Assembly: GCA_050273025.1 (NCBI GenBank)
Contig: CP158636.1
Coordinates: 4,588,001 to 4,652,000, forward strand
Length of the DNA stretch: 64,000 nucleotides
From: Cenococcum geophilum
Lineage: Eukaryota
Reading direction: 5' to 3'
In this document: piece after piece, positions 1 through 11,900 of the stretch
Position numbering within the stretch: the stretch's first letter is position 1
Layout: the number at the start of each line of letters is the position of its first letter
Made by a program: the position numbers and the translations under genes
Notes under the pieces: generated by a model
What the model saw: only the letters and a program-made list of their open reading frames with translations
Told to the model about the DNA's origin: nothing
Database searches by the model: none

Positions 1-3000
1 TGAACTTTAGTAATTAAGTATACGATATAGTTCCAGACACTAATAATATAAGTAGAGTGGAATAATAAGGCGCTTATGGTATAGTATAAATAGGGACTTA
101 AGGCTAAAGTCTAGGACGCGATTATCCTAATAGAAGATGCGGATACCCTAAGGGAACTAATAAATTAGGTAATTAAGATTAATAATTAGATCTACTAAAG
201 GGAATAGGCTAAGAGAGGCTAGGATAGAGTTCTATAGTTGTATAAGGCGCAGAATACGCAATGATAAAAGCTAAGTTAGAAACTATGGTATGGCGTAGAG
301 CTAATAGACCTAAGTAGTACTAAAGAAGCCTATAAGAAATAGAGCAAACTATAGAAACCTAGAGGATAAGGATTAAGTAATTAAAGGTCTAAGGAGCAAA
401 GGCTAAATCAGGGATCTTAATAGTAGAAGACATTTAGGCGGACTCTATAATAAGAGAAATAGTTTAAAGAAGGAGCTTATATAAATTACGGAAAATAGGG
501 TTATTATATCAGAGACTATAGAAGTGGGTAGAGTTACTATATAGTAAAAGGTATAAGACTAGTAGACGATATATACGTATAAAGGGACGATAATATGCTA
601 TAAGGAACAAAAGAATGTTTAATTAAAAGTTTTGCGTTTTATTACAATAACGCATGCCGAATTTATAAGGATGCTAAGTACGGCGTAAGCTATTAGCTAT
701 AGGAGCTAGCACCTATAGGATGCAGAGGAACTAATGAACCAGTTCGCAGATCAGATATTAAGGACGATAAATTTAACTTAGGCGAAACATTCCGTGACAA
801 TAAGGTAATAAGGGCCGCTTACTAGGAGCGAGTAGACCTCGGAGATGTTATACTAGAGGTAGAGGATGATTCCACTATAGAATAGGGAACATTAGTAGGG
901 ATTAAAACCCCACTAGACACGATGTCTATCGCTTTATAAGATGTAAGAGAAGTAGGATAGCGAACCACTTCGGCACTTAATAAAGGCAAAAGGCTAAAGG
1001 CTTAAAATTTTTAAGACGAGATAAGAGATGACTAAGATTCTTAAGACGAGATAAGGTAAGCTTAAGGACCTATAATAGATAGAAACCGATAGAGTAGAGT
1101 AGCAGCTTAGTTTAAAGATATATGAATGAGCTCGGGATAAGAATTCCTAATAGCATAAGATTCTTAAGATGAGATAAGTGAGATCTAGGACTCTTAAGAC
1201 GAGATAAGGACACTAGTCAAGCCTAATTGGACTAAGGTAGGGGCTAAACTTAAGTTAAAAGTAAGCTTGGGATTAAAGAACCTAAAGGGTTAAGGATTTA
1301 GAGTACAAATTAAGACACCTATAGGTAAGAGGCCAGGAGCTTCTTTACAGATTAGAGAATCTATGGTATAAATAGTAATTAGACTAGGAGACAAATATAT
1401 AGACCTAGAGGATTTACTAGTTAAATAAAGCATTTGGACTAAAGATTAAAAAATTAATACTAGGATTAAGAAGTAAGACAACTTTAAGGATTAGAGCGTA
1501 AGGCGCAAACTAAAAAAAACTATAGAAGAATTTAGATAAAGAATTATCGCGTAGCAAGAACAGAAACTAAATAGGAGATTTAGCATATTGGGATATATAA
1601 AGGACAGAGTACTAGTATAAAGAATTACTAATAGGCTAAGAGTAGGCATACTAAGGGCTAAGTGGCTTACTAAACTGGAATAAGAAGAGGATCTAGGGAT
1701 TCCTACTAGGTTTAAGGAACGATATACTAAAGGCTGTTATAATGCAGTAATAAAGAGATATTTCCTTATAGACAGACCGTATATACTCTAGCAGCTATAC
1801 TAAAAGTGGTATAGATAAAGGCACAATAATGAGTGGGAAGATTTCTATATATAGTTAGATGAAAAAGTTATCTAGGACCACCTAATTATAGAGAAGGCCA
1901 TAACGTATATTAAAGGAGCCTTAATTATAACATTAAAGGATCTAGAGGAATGTTTAGAGGACTAGAGAAGCGAGAGACGCATCTTAGTATCTGCGAATAA
2001 AGTCGTAATATTTAGATTAGTATAATAAAGGTTTAAACTTAGGGATAAAGATGAGCTAAGAGTTAACCTAAAGCACCTAGCACACTATACGTTATTATGG
2101 ATTGCGTACGTAGACAATATATACGAAATGCATAAGAATCTAAAAGAAAAGAATTGGAAATACCCTATAAGGATGTACTAAATAATAGACAAATAATAGT
2201 ATAGGAATGCCAAATATATATATAGATGGCATCTAATAGAGAACTAAGAGGAAGGAAGTTTAATACTTTAACTAGGAAGATTCCTTATGGAAGAATGCTT
2301 AGACGGATAATAGTGGTAGGAATGCCTAGAAAATATATATCTATAGTATATTAAAGATAAAAAGCGAACTAGGTATTAGCTAAAGAGTGAGTTAAGTGCA
2401 CTAGGATTAAGCAGCTAATAGTTAGGAAAAGTAGAGGCCTATAGGACTAGAGGGAGCCAGTGGTAGAGCCTTAGACCCTTAAAGGAATTTAAGGACAACA
2501 CCTAAATTTATGGATTAATTGGTAAGATTAGCAGTTTAAAGCGCTAATAGATAGTAGAGTAATGCGAAACTATATCTTACTAGTAGCAGTTAAGAGAATG
2601 GGACTACCTTATAGATAAAGGGAGCAACTTTACCTATTAGTTACAATTTTAGGAGATCTAATAACCTATAGAGGAGGGATCATTAATCTTAAAATAGGAC
2701 CTATTTAGATAACTATTAAAGGGAGATAAATTAAGATGTCTTTTAATATCCTACCATTAGGACGGGATAAGGTAGTACTAGGCATACCTTAGTTATAGGA
2801 ATATAATCTAAGGATTAATTAGATTATAGGTTAGGTCGATATTAGAGATATTTAACGCCGTAAGATGCGATAATAAGCTAAGTTAGTATAGTACTAAGTA
2901 GGAGTAACCTATAAAGAAACAGAAAAAGGACTAAGCTATATACTAAAGAGATACTATAAGTACGGTAAGAAACTATGGTTACCGGAAAGTAAAAAGCTAT

Positions 3001-5749
3001 TAGAATATGTAGCATGGGACTATAAAATAGAATTGGAACTAGAAATAAGTCTAAAGTTCTTTCTAATCTATAAACTTACCGAAGAAGAAGGTAGAGCGTT
3101 AAAAGAATTTGTTTAGGAAAATCTATAAAAGGGATATATTAGACTATCGCAGTTATTAGCGGGTTATCCAGTACTATTTATACTAAAGAAAAATGGTAAA
3201 CTAAGGCTGTGTATCGACTATAGATAGTTAAATAGCATTACTAGGAAGGATAGGTATCCTTTACCCTTAATTAGCGAAATCTAAGACAGGATAGGTAATG
3301 CGTAAATCTTTATAAAGATAGATCTAAGATAGGCGTATTATTAGATTAGGATTAAGGAAGGTAACGAATAGAAGGCAGCCTTTAGATTAAAGGAAGGACT
3401 ATATAAACTATTAGTTATATAATTTGGGCTTATAAATGTATTAGTAATGTTTTAGAAGCGTATTAATAATGTATTAGGAGAACACTTAGATGAATTTATT
3501 ATAGTATATCTTAACGATATTATTATCTACTTAATAACTAAGGAAGAACACGGAGAACACGTTAAATGGGTCTTAAAGAGACTATAAGAAGAATAGATGC
3601 TAGTAGCAATTAAGAAATGCGAGTTCTTTACTAGGAAGACCGATTTTGTTAGATTTATTATTAAACTAGGCTAACTTAGTATAGATCTAAAGAAGATTAA
3701 GGCTATAGTGAATTGGTAGGAACTAGAGAACATTATACAGTTAAGATTGTTCCTAGGATTTTGCAATTACTGTAGAAGGTTTATAACGTAGTGGTTAAAG
3801 GATATTAAACCATTTACGTAATTAATAAAGAAAGAAGAACTATAGGTATGGGGGGAGGAACAAAGAAAACTCTTTAAGAAAGTTAAAGAGTTGTTTACCT
3901 AGGAGCCAGTTCTTAAGATCTATTAACTAGAACTAGAGACGGTTATAAAAATAGATATATTAGACTATATATTAGGGGCGTGCTTTATATAAAGGCATTA
4001 AGATAGATGGCACCTAGTAGCATACTATAGTTGGAAGATAACACCACTAGAGTTAAACTATAATATCTATAATAAGGAGTTGTTAGGTATAGTTATAGTA
4101 TTAAAGGAATAGAGAGTATTCTTATAAGGTATAGAGAAACTATTTATAGTTAAAACGGATTATAAGAACCTAATAGGATTCCTAATAACGAAGGAACTTA
4201 ACTAAAGATAGGTTAGATGGGCAGAGATGCTTACGGAATACTATTTTGAGATTTAGTATACTAAAGGTACAGATAATACGCGGGTAGATACTTTAAGTTG
4301 TAAAGCTAAACTATAAAATAAGGAAAAGCCATTAGGGGCTTTATTGTAAAAAGATATAGACAGATTAATTAGGTATAATTACCTAAAAATTATAGTAACT
4401 TAAGAAGATAATAAACCAGAGAAGGTCTATAAGATACTAGAAAGCTTTTAGGCGTAAAGAATTCTAGAAGCATAGCTAGAAAATTTATAAATGGATATAT
4501 ACAAAAATTAAGAAGTAAGGTATATCCTAAGAAGCATAACAGAGTAGTTTGTGGAGGACTTCTATAAGAGACTAACTTAAGGACATAATAGAGCTATAAG
4601 CTTAGTATTAAAACTCTAGGAGGAGTATATTATTAATAGAATCTAAAGGATAGCTAGAAAGGTTATAAAGGAATATTTAGATTATTAAAGGAATAAACTA
4701 ATAAGGTATAGGCCGTATAGAGGGCTATAACCTATTGAAACACTAGAGAGACTATAGGAGGTTATATTATAGGACTTTATTATTAAGTTGCTAAAATTAA
4801 AAGATCCTATTACCGGACAAGATTATAACGCGATCTTAGTGATAGTAAATAAGCTTATAAAGTGGGGATACTTTATAGCATATATAGAAGAAATCTCAGC
4901 AGAAGATGTCGCTAGAATCTATATTAAAGAAGTGTTTATAAGATATGGAGCACTAAGTAAAGTTATATCGGATAGAGATCTAAGATTTATAGCAGTATTT
5001 TGGGAAGTGTTCTTAGCAGAGCAAGGAGTTTAAGCAGCAACTTTTACCGTATATTATCTACAGATAGACGGTTAAATAGAAAGATTAAATTAGACGCTAG
5101 AGCAGTATCTAAGGCATTATATTAATTATACATAAAATAACTAGGTATCGCTATTACTAGTTATATAGTTTGTATATAATGCAACACCTTAAGAAGGAAT
5201 AGGCATATTACTATTTAAGGCAAATTATAGATATAAGCTAAGAATATTATTGTTACTATAGCAAGCGAAGAAAATAAGTAGTACAGCTAAAGAAAGAATA
5301 AAGATATTAATAAATCTTTATATAGACCTTATGGAATTAGTAAAGAAAGTATAAGAGAGAATAAAAAAGTACTATAATGCTAAGAGATCTAAGGGACTAG
5401 ATCTTAAGGAGGGAGATAAAGTATGGCTACTATATAAAAATTTCAAGAGTTAACGACTAAGTAAGAAATTAGACTATGTTAGACTAGGACCTTTTAAAAT
5501 TACGTAGAGGATTTTACTGGTTACGTTTAAGTTAAACCTACTAGCTAAAATAAAGATCTACCCTATATAGTATATCGCAATGCTAGAGCTAGTATATAGG
5601 AATGTTAAGCTACTAGTCTATAAAGTAGACACGTATAGAGGATAGGAAGAAGACGAATAGCAAGTTTTAAAGATTATTAGCTATGAGGACGTCGACAATA
5701 AAACATAGTACGAAGTTAAGTGGATAGGCTATACTAAGACTACCTAGAA

Positions 5750-6424
5750 GCTACTAGAGAATTTAAAGAACGCTATAGGAAAGGTATAGGAGTATTAGAA
5801 GAGATTAGGTTAGGCAGTATTAATAAAGAAGGATTACTAAAGAATAAGTTACCTAAGGGGGACCTAAGAAGAGCAGTTGCTGAACTACTTAGATCTATTT
5901 CCTTCTCTGTTAGAGGAGAATCCGTTCTTTTATTACCTAGTTCCTAAAGACCTTATTTTATAAGTTTTTACTCCTTAGAGCGAACCTTCTTATAAACGCG
6001 TTAAAGACGCTAAACTTTTACAAAGGCAGATTACTAAGCCTTAAGGGCATAAGCAGATTCTTTAGATCGACGATAGGCTTCCGCTAGTGCTGCGGCAAGA
6101 TTACCCTTAAGTTTTTCTGCCTTAAACTAAATATAAAACCCTAAGATAAATTAATTAGGGAACTAGATAACTATTAAGAGTAATAGGTTGCGTATATTTA
6201 ATATTAGAAATAGAGCAAACGTTATAGGATGACTGAATATTCGCTTTAGTGCACTCTAAATAAGAGGAAGGTTGCTAGGATAAAGAACTCGCCAATATAA
6301 CGCAAACTAGCCCCTCTTTTATATAATAAGAACACGGAGATGGTATTATCTCACTAAGAGACAATATTATAGTAACGGTACGAGACCGACGGGCTGTAGA
6401 GGAAGAAGAAGGTGCTTTAGGTAT
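5750..6424 (-). pseudogene. Antisense Zn2Cys6/coiled-coil gene of Gypsy-A copy 1 (RIP-degraded)
   Basis: Same frame, Cys spacing and intron position as copy 4; 3' end approximate. Confidence 0.65.
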
Positions 6425-6532
6425 AATAAGTAATAATATTAACTAAATTAATTAGACGGATATTATACCTCTAGTAAACAACCTAGAGATGCTAGGAATC
6501 TTTAAGGATGAAGATAAAGAGAAGGGAGATAG

Positions 6533-6958
6533 TGTTACGGACGCTTTAAGTATAATATTATAACTACTTAGAGAGGAGTTGGAAGAAGCTAGTTAGTTAA
6601 TATAAGTACAGTCTAGAATAGAACCCGTAAAACTATATAATAAGGAATAATAAGTAAAGTTACATAATGTAATCTATATAATCTATATAATCTATAAAAT
6701 CTATTATAGAGCGAATAGAGCAGATAGAGTAAATAGAGCAATAACTTTCTTAGGAGTACGGTTGTGTATTTAAGGACCCTTAGTCCCTACCTAGATAGTT
6801 CCTTCCTTATAGTGATTCTTAGAATATAATTGGAGTTAATCTGTTAGGCAACCACTCCACCAGTTGTTATTACGTTGATTGACTTTTGTACTTGCATTTC
6901 CTATATACCTAGCCCATTAACGAACCTATCGTAGTTCTTGCTATAAGGTTCCGTTATA
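6533..6958 (+). repeat. 3' LTR of Gypsy-A copy 1 (426 bp)
   Basis: tgttacggacgc...ttccgttata (TG..CA with RIP), preceded by a purine tract; homologous to the LTRs at 33952 and 41486. Confidence 0.93.
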
Positions 6959-7034
6959 GTCTGTTTTAAATACTATAAAATGCTACGAAATGCTGAAAAT
7001 GCTGGCTAAATGCTGCTAAATTTTTTCCTAACGT

Positions 7035-8398
7035 AGCTCTTAAAAAAGATAAGTTAATAAAGGTAAATCTTATAGCAAATCTAAAGGAAAAGCTTAATTT
7101 AATAATACTATTACTCTTTAATAGATATACCCTCTCCCTAAATAAGGATTCTATTACTTTACGCCAGAAGGGTTAAGATAAGAAGATTAACATTATTAAC
7201 GCTAATTCTCTAAAGTAAGGATATATAGAGCAACGCGCTTATATAGCTTATATTACTTCTATCTATTAACCTAAGGCTTTATTTAATCTCTTTATTGCCA
7301 CCTAATACTAGAAACTAACTAAGGATAACGTTCTTACCCTAAATAAACGTCTTTTTTAGTAAATAAACTATTTTAATCGGGGACTACTTTATATGCCTAT
7401 TAATCTTCCTACCGCTAAGCTCTTTATATTTATTAATAGATCGTTTATAAATAATAAAGATTTTAACTCCTAATTAGGATATAAGATTATTATCGCGAAC
7501 AAATTTACTAGAGAGAATAACTTTATAATCTATAGCAATCTTATTTATTAGAGCTTAACTAAAAGTAAGTATATTACTTAAAGCGTTCTAGTGTTAGAGA
7601 TATACGGAATAGTTAGCGGAGTTAATATAGTAATTATAATTGGAACTACCCTAAAGATAATTATGGATTAACTCAAACTTCCTATTATCCCTATAATTGT
7701 ATATACCGATTTATACTCCCTCTATAAGTATTTAGTTAAGCTTAGTACTATAAAGGAGAAGCGCTTTATAATTAATATTATAGCACTTTATTAATCCTAT
7801 AAACGGCGAAAACTCTTTAAGATTTAATAGATTAATAGTTAAGATAACCTAGTAGATATAATAATAAAGGCAAACCTAAATAAGGCTCTAAAAACGTTTA
7901 TTAATACGAACACTCTATATATATAAGTTAAAGGTTAGGTTAAAAGGGAGTAAGAGTATAGTATTCTATAGACCTTAATTTTAACCAGCTAATTAGGATT
8001 TTCTATACCCAGTATAGAAAATCGCTATTAGCTTGCTTATAACTAGCGCCTTAGCGGCCCTAATATAATGTCTACTTATAACTTTAAGCAAAAAAGCACC
8101 ATGTGCTAAGAGGTAAATTTTAGGATAGTAAGACTTATATTATAATAGCAATAATAAGTAAGGAGGATCGATATTTGTTACGCTAGTTAAGCAGTATTTG
8201 TATATAAATGGCAACCATAAAAGAAGAGTTGCTAGTGTTAGGAATAAGGCAAGCGGTCGTTACGTAACGCCGCGGCACTAGCGTGGCGAGGAGTTTTAAG
8301 CTCTTCGCCCTTTCTTATTCTAATAAAAGAATATTAACTAACAATTATTATACTGTCTATAACTTATAGATATGTAATATTACCTTATAAAACCAACA
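7035..8398 (+). mobile_element. 3' fragment of Copia (GalEa-type) family A: RT end, RNase H, 3' UTR and LTR 8236-8398
   Basis: Colinear with 13587-15023; EKR(L/F)I(I)xI RNase H motif; LTR tgttaggaat...accaaca, whose 3' half diverges from the LTRs at 8987 and 14858. Confidence 0.9.
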
Positions 8399-8986
8399 AT
8401 AGCTTTCCGTAGTTTATTTAAAGAAAAAATAGGGTAAACCTTGATTAGATTTAGGAGCTTTACCTTATATAAGTTACCTATCTTTTTAAAAACCTTACAC
8501 AGTCCTATTATCTAATAGTTTAGCTTATAGCTAGGTTGTTCTATCTTCTAGCTCTTTGTTATAACCTAGACTATATCTTCTATGGTAAAATTAGGCTCTT
8601 ACCTATACTTATTTGCCTACTATTATATTATTATATAGGGTAAGTAGCCTATTTTAGTTAAATAGGGGCAAATCCTATGGAGTTATAGGGTGGGGTTGCT
8701 TAGGTATAGTTTATTAGGGGTAGCAGTTTAGCCTAGTTATCTTAAAAGTAGTTAATAAAAGGCCGAAGTCTCTAATCTAAGTATTAATTTATAATTTCCG
8801 TCTAACTATCTATCTGGGGGTAGTATACTATAAAAAGCTTTAGCTTAATACCTAAGATTTAGGTAAACTTATTCTAAAAAGCTAATATAAATTATAGCCT
8901 ATAATTGGATATAATAGTATCTAGTAGTCTATAGATTTAGTAGACGTAGTAAATATATAGTTAGGCCGCTTCTTTAGTATTAATAT

Positions 8987-11900
8987 TGTCGGGAATAAGG
9001 CAAGCGGTCATTACGTAACGCCGCGGCACTAGCGTAGCGAGGAGTCTTAAGCTCCTCGCCCTCCCTCATTCTAATAAATAAGCTTTATTAACTAATATTA
9101 CTATAACCTACTTAAGTAGTCGTTATTGGTAAGTTACCCTATATAACTAATACTAATTAGTGGTTGAATATATAGTCAACTACAGAGCAGCTAGGTTTTT
9201 AAATAAAAGAGACAGTCTTATATAGGGGTGCTATATGCGCTTATATAGAATGGATCCCGGCGATACTGTGCTACTTTAAACTTACGGAAAACTAGTAATA
9301 GAAGTATTACTAAGTACTAGGAGATACTAAGTTGCGTCTATTATATAGAACAACCACGTTTACGAAGATTTAGTTAAGTACTTTAGGTCAGAAGTGTTAC
9401 TAAACCTACGGTCCTAAGTTAACGTCTAAAACGCGTTAAATGACGTCTAAAACGCGTTAAACAATATCTCGAATTGCCTACCTCTTAATAGTAAACCTAC
9501 GAGATCCTATAAAACCGAAAATCCTACCTACCTTCGATATACAACACCCCATCGATTCTATACCTACTATAGCGTTAACCTATCTAAAGAAGTATAAGAA
9601 GGACATTAACCCGGAAATATAGAATACCGATATAATTAACTTTATAAACGCTAAGCAACAGGACCTAAATGGATTCTTATTATACCGTATAGTATACTAT
9701 AAAGACAGTAAATACAACGATACTATGCTATAGTATTGTATAAAGGAGGACTTTATTAGATGGATAAAGGAAATATAGACTCCTATAAAAAAGGATATTA
9801 TATAAGACTTCCGTAACTTCTTACGGGAGTATAGAGTATTTATACCAATAGATGGGGGTATTATTAAAGATAATATTTAGGAGTAGGTTATTAACGTAAA
9901 AAAAGAGCACAAATAGACTCTATAAGAGATTAAGCACCAACTACGCACTATAAGGAAGCTTAACTTATAATGGAACCTAAGTAATATACCTCTAGAGATA
10001 AACCTACCTTCGCCTTTAATTCCTCTGTATCTAATTTAACCTATAACCTTAATATTAGATACTATACCCTAATAAGAGCAGACACAGGATCCTATTACTT
10101 TACAATTTAATAACCCTTAGACTCTACCAACTAGACCTATATCCCCACTGCAGCCTATAATATAACTCCCACCTCCTCTATCTTAATCTTAAATTAGAGG
10201 TAGTTTAAAATTGCTTATAAAGCTTATAAAGCTCTACTTGGATTAGGAGAAGAAGTTTAGTAGAGAATTATATAATATTCTTAATTCGAAACTACGTATC
10301 TTCTATAACTATTACTAGAAGGTAGAAATAGAGTCTAATTAATACTATAACGCCTATTCCGTTATACTTAAGGGCCAAGCTAGTACCTTCTATTATAATT
10401 ATTTAGTAGGAAAAGGATATAATTTCGACCGTATAATATATAAGTTAAGATACTATTTTAAAATAGAGGAGAATAAGTAGTAGTATATATTAGAATAGAG
10501 AGAGACTACCTTTCTAAGGATTATTACTACAAACCTAGGTGTCCCCCGGCTTAATTATTTTTAAAAGCTCTTTAATTAACTTTAGATAATTTAGTATAGT
10601 TTATCTAAATTATATTAAGAGGTTATTAGCGTATACTAAGGCGTTAAAGAATATAACCTTATACTCTTTAATTCTATAAATACTTATAAAGGAGTATATA
10701 CTTAATTAAGATCTTTTATTAGCACCGCTCTACGCTCTTAAGAAGTATAGTAATTTAACGCCTAACTTTAACCTACTTTAATCGACCCACCTAACTAATA
10801 TAATTATAACTAGACTAATCGAATATATAGTGGCCGGGGTAGATAATATGGTAGAGGGTATAATTAATAACTATAAAGTAAAGGTAGAGGCCCTTATAGA
10901 GGTTTATTTTAAAGTAATCGCTAGAAGAAGTATTATATTTATAAGAAACCGAATTGCTGGTTAACTAGGCATTCTCTTAATAAGCAAAAGGAGGTATATA
11001 ATAAGTTTCGCCAAAATATAAGAAATGTTAGAAATCGCGAGGTTACTACGGCCTACTTCTAAAGTTTCCTGGTTTAATATAAAGGCGTAGAAGATCTTAA
11101 GGGTAAGGTTAATAAGGCTAAATAGCTCCTTATAGATATAGAAATTAAGGACTATTTACCTAACTAATACTTTACTAAGTATAGTAAGGTAAATAGCAAA
11201 TAAACCATTACCATTCTTAATAACTAATCTACGCTCCATTCTATTACAAAGTTAAATATCTTTAATAAGCCAAGGGAGAGTTCCGCGTTCTCCTTTAATA
11301 ATAGATACTCAGCAAATGTCTTCTATAGTATTATGCTAGATACTAGAGCCGCAGGAGTATCTATAGTAGGAAAACCTTAAGTTCAAGCCCTTTAGCAGCT
11401 TAATAGCTCTGTTTAGATTAACTATTTAACGGTAAACTAATATACAATTCGTTTTAGTAAGGGTACTGCAATCTTTTTTGGCATAATTAGGGTCTAAACC
11501 CCCTTAGGGTATATTACTTTTTATATTATTTCTATAAATACCCTATTTCTATTTTGCATTAGAGATATAAATAAATTAGGCGTTAAGCTTAATAACCTTA
11601 AAAATGTACTTATTTAGGGAGATAATTAGGTACTTATTATGCGTAAGTAGGGTTACCCCTAGTTACTCCTTTATTAACTAGAGAAGAGTGTTATTTAAAG
11701 CTACTTAACTAAGTTAGAGTTACGCTAACTATACCGTTATTTTAGCTACCTATCTATTTACTAACTGCTTAGGGTTCTTTAGCAAGTAGGCTATAAAGTT
11801 AAGGTTAAGGCAATTAAGCATTTTATAAAGTACTACTATTACTACTAAATAAACTAGAAGTCCCCTAGCCGATTTAAGTTTACCCTTAAAGATAATTACA

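Larger units (their letters stand above)
1..6958 (+). mobile_element. Ty3/Gypsy chromovirus, family A copy 1, RIP-degraded, 5' end outside window
   Basis: Degenerate gag, long spacer, protease (IDSR/DSG ~2550), RT (YLND=YLDD at 3507-3518), RNase H, integrase (ORF 4788-5033; YPQTDGQ-like ~5050), chromodomain ~5650-5800, PPT 6511-6532 and 3' LTR 6533-6958. Colinear with copies 2-4. Confidence 0.95.

Noticed and set aside
4788..5033. Short ORFs 4788-5033, 14162-14344 and 55762-55974 as functional genes
   Set aside because: Stop-free remnants of RIP-destroyed integrase/RNase H frames.
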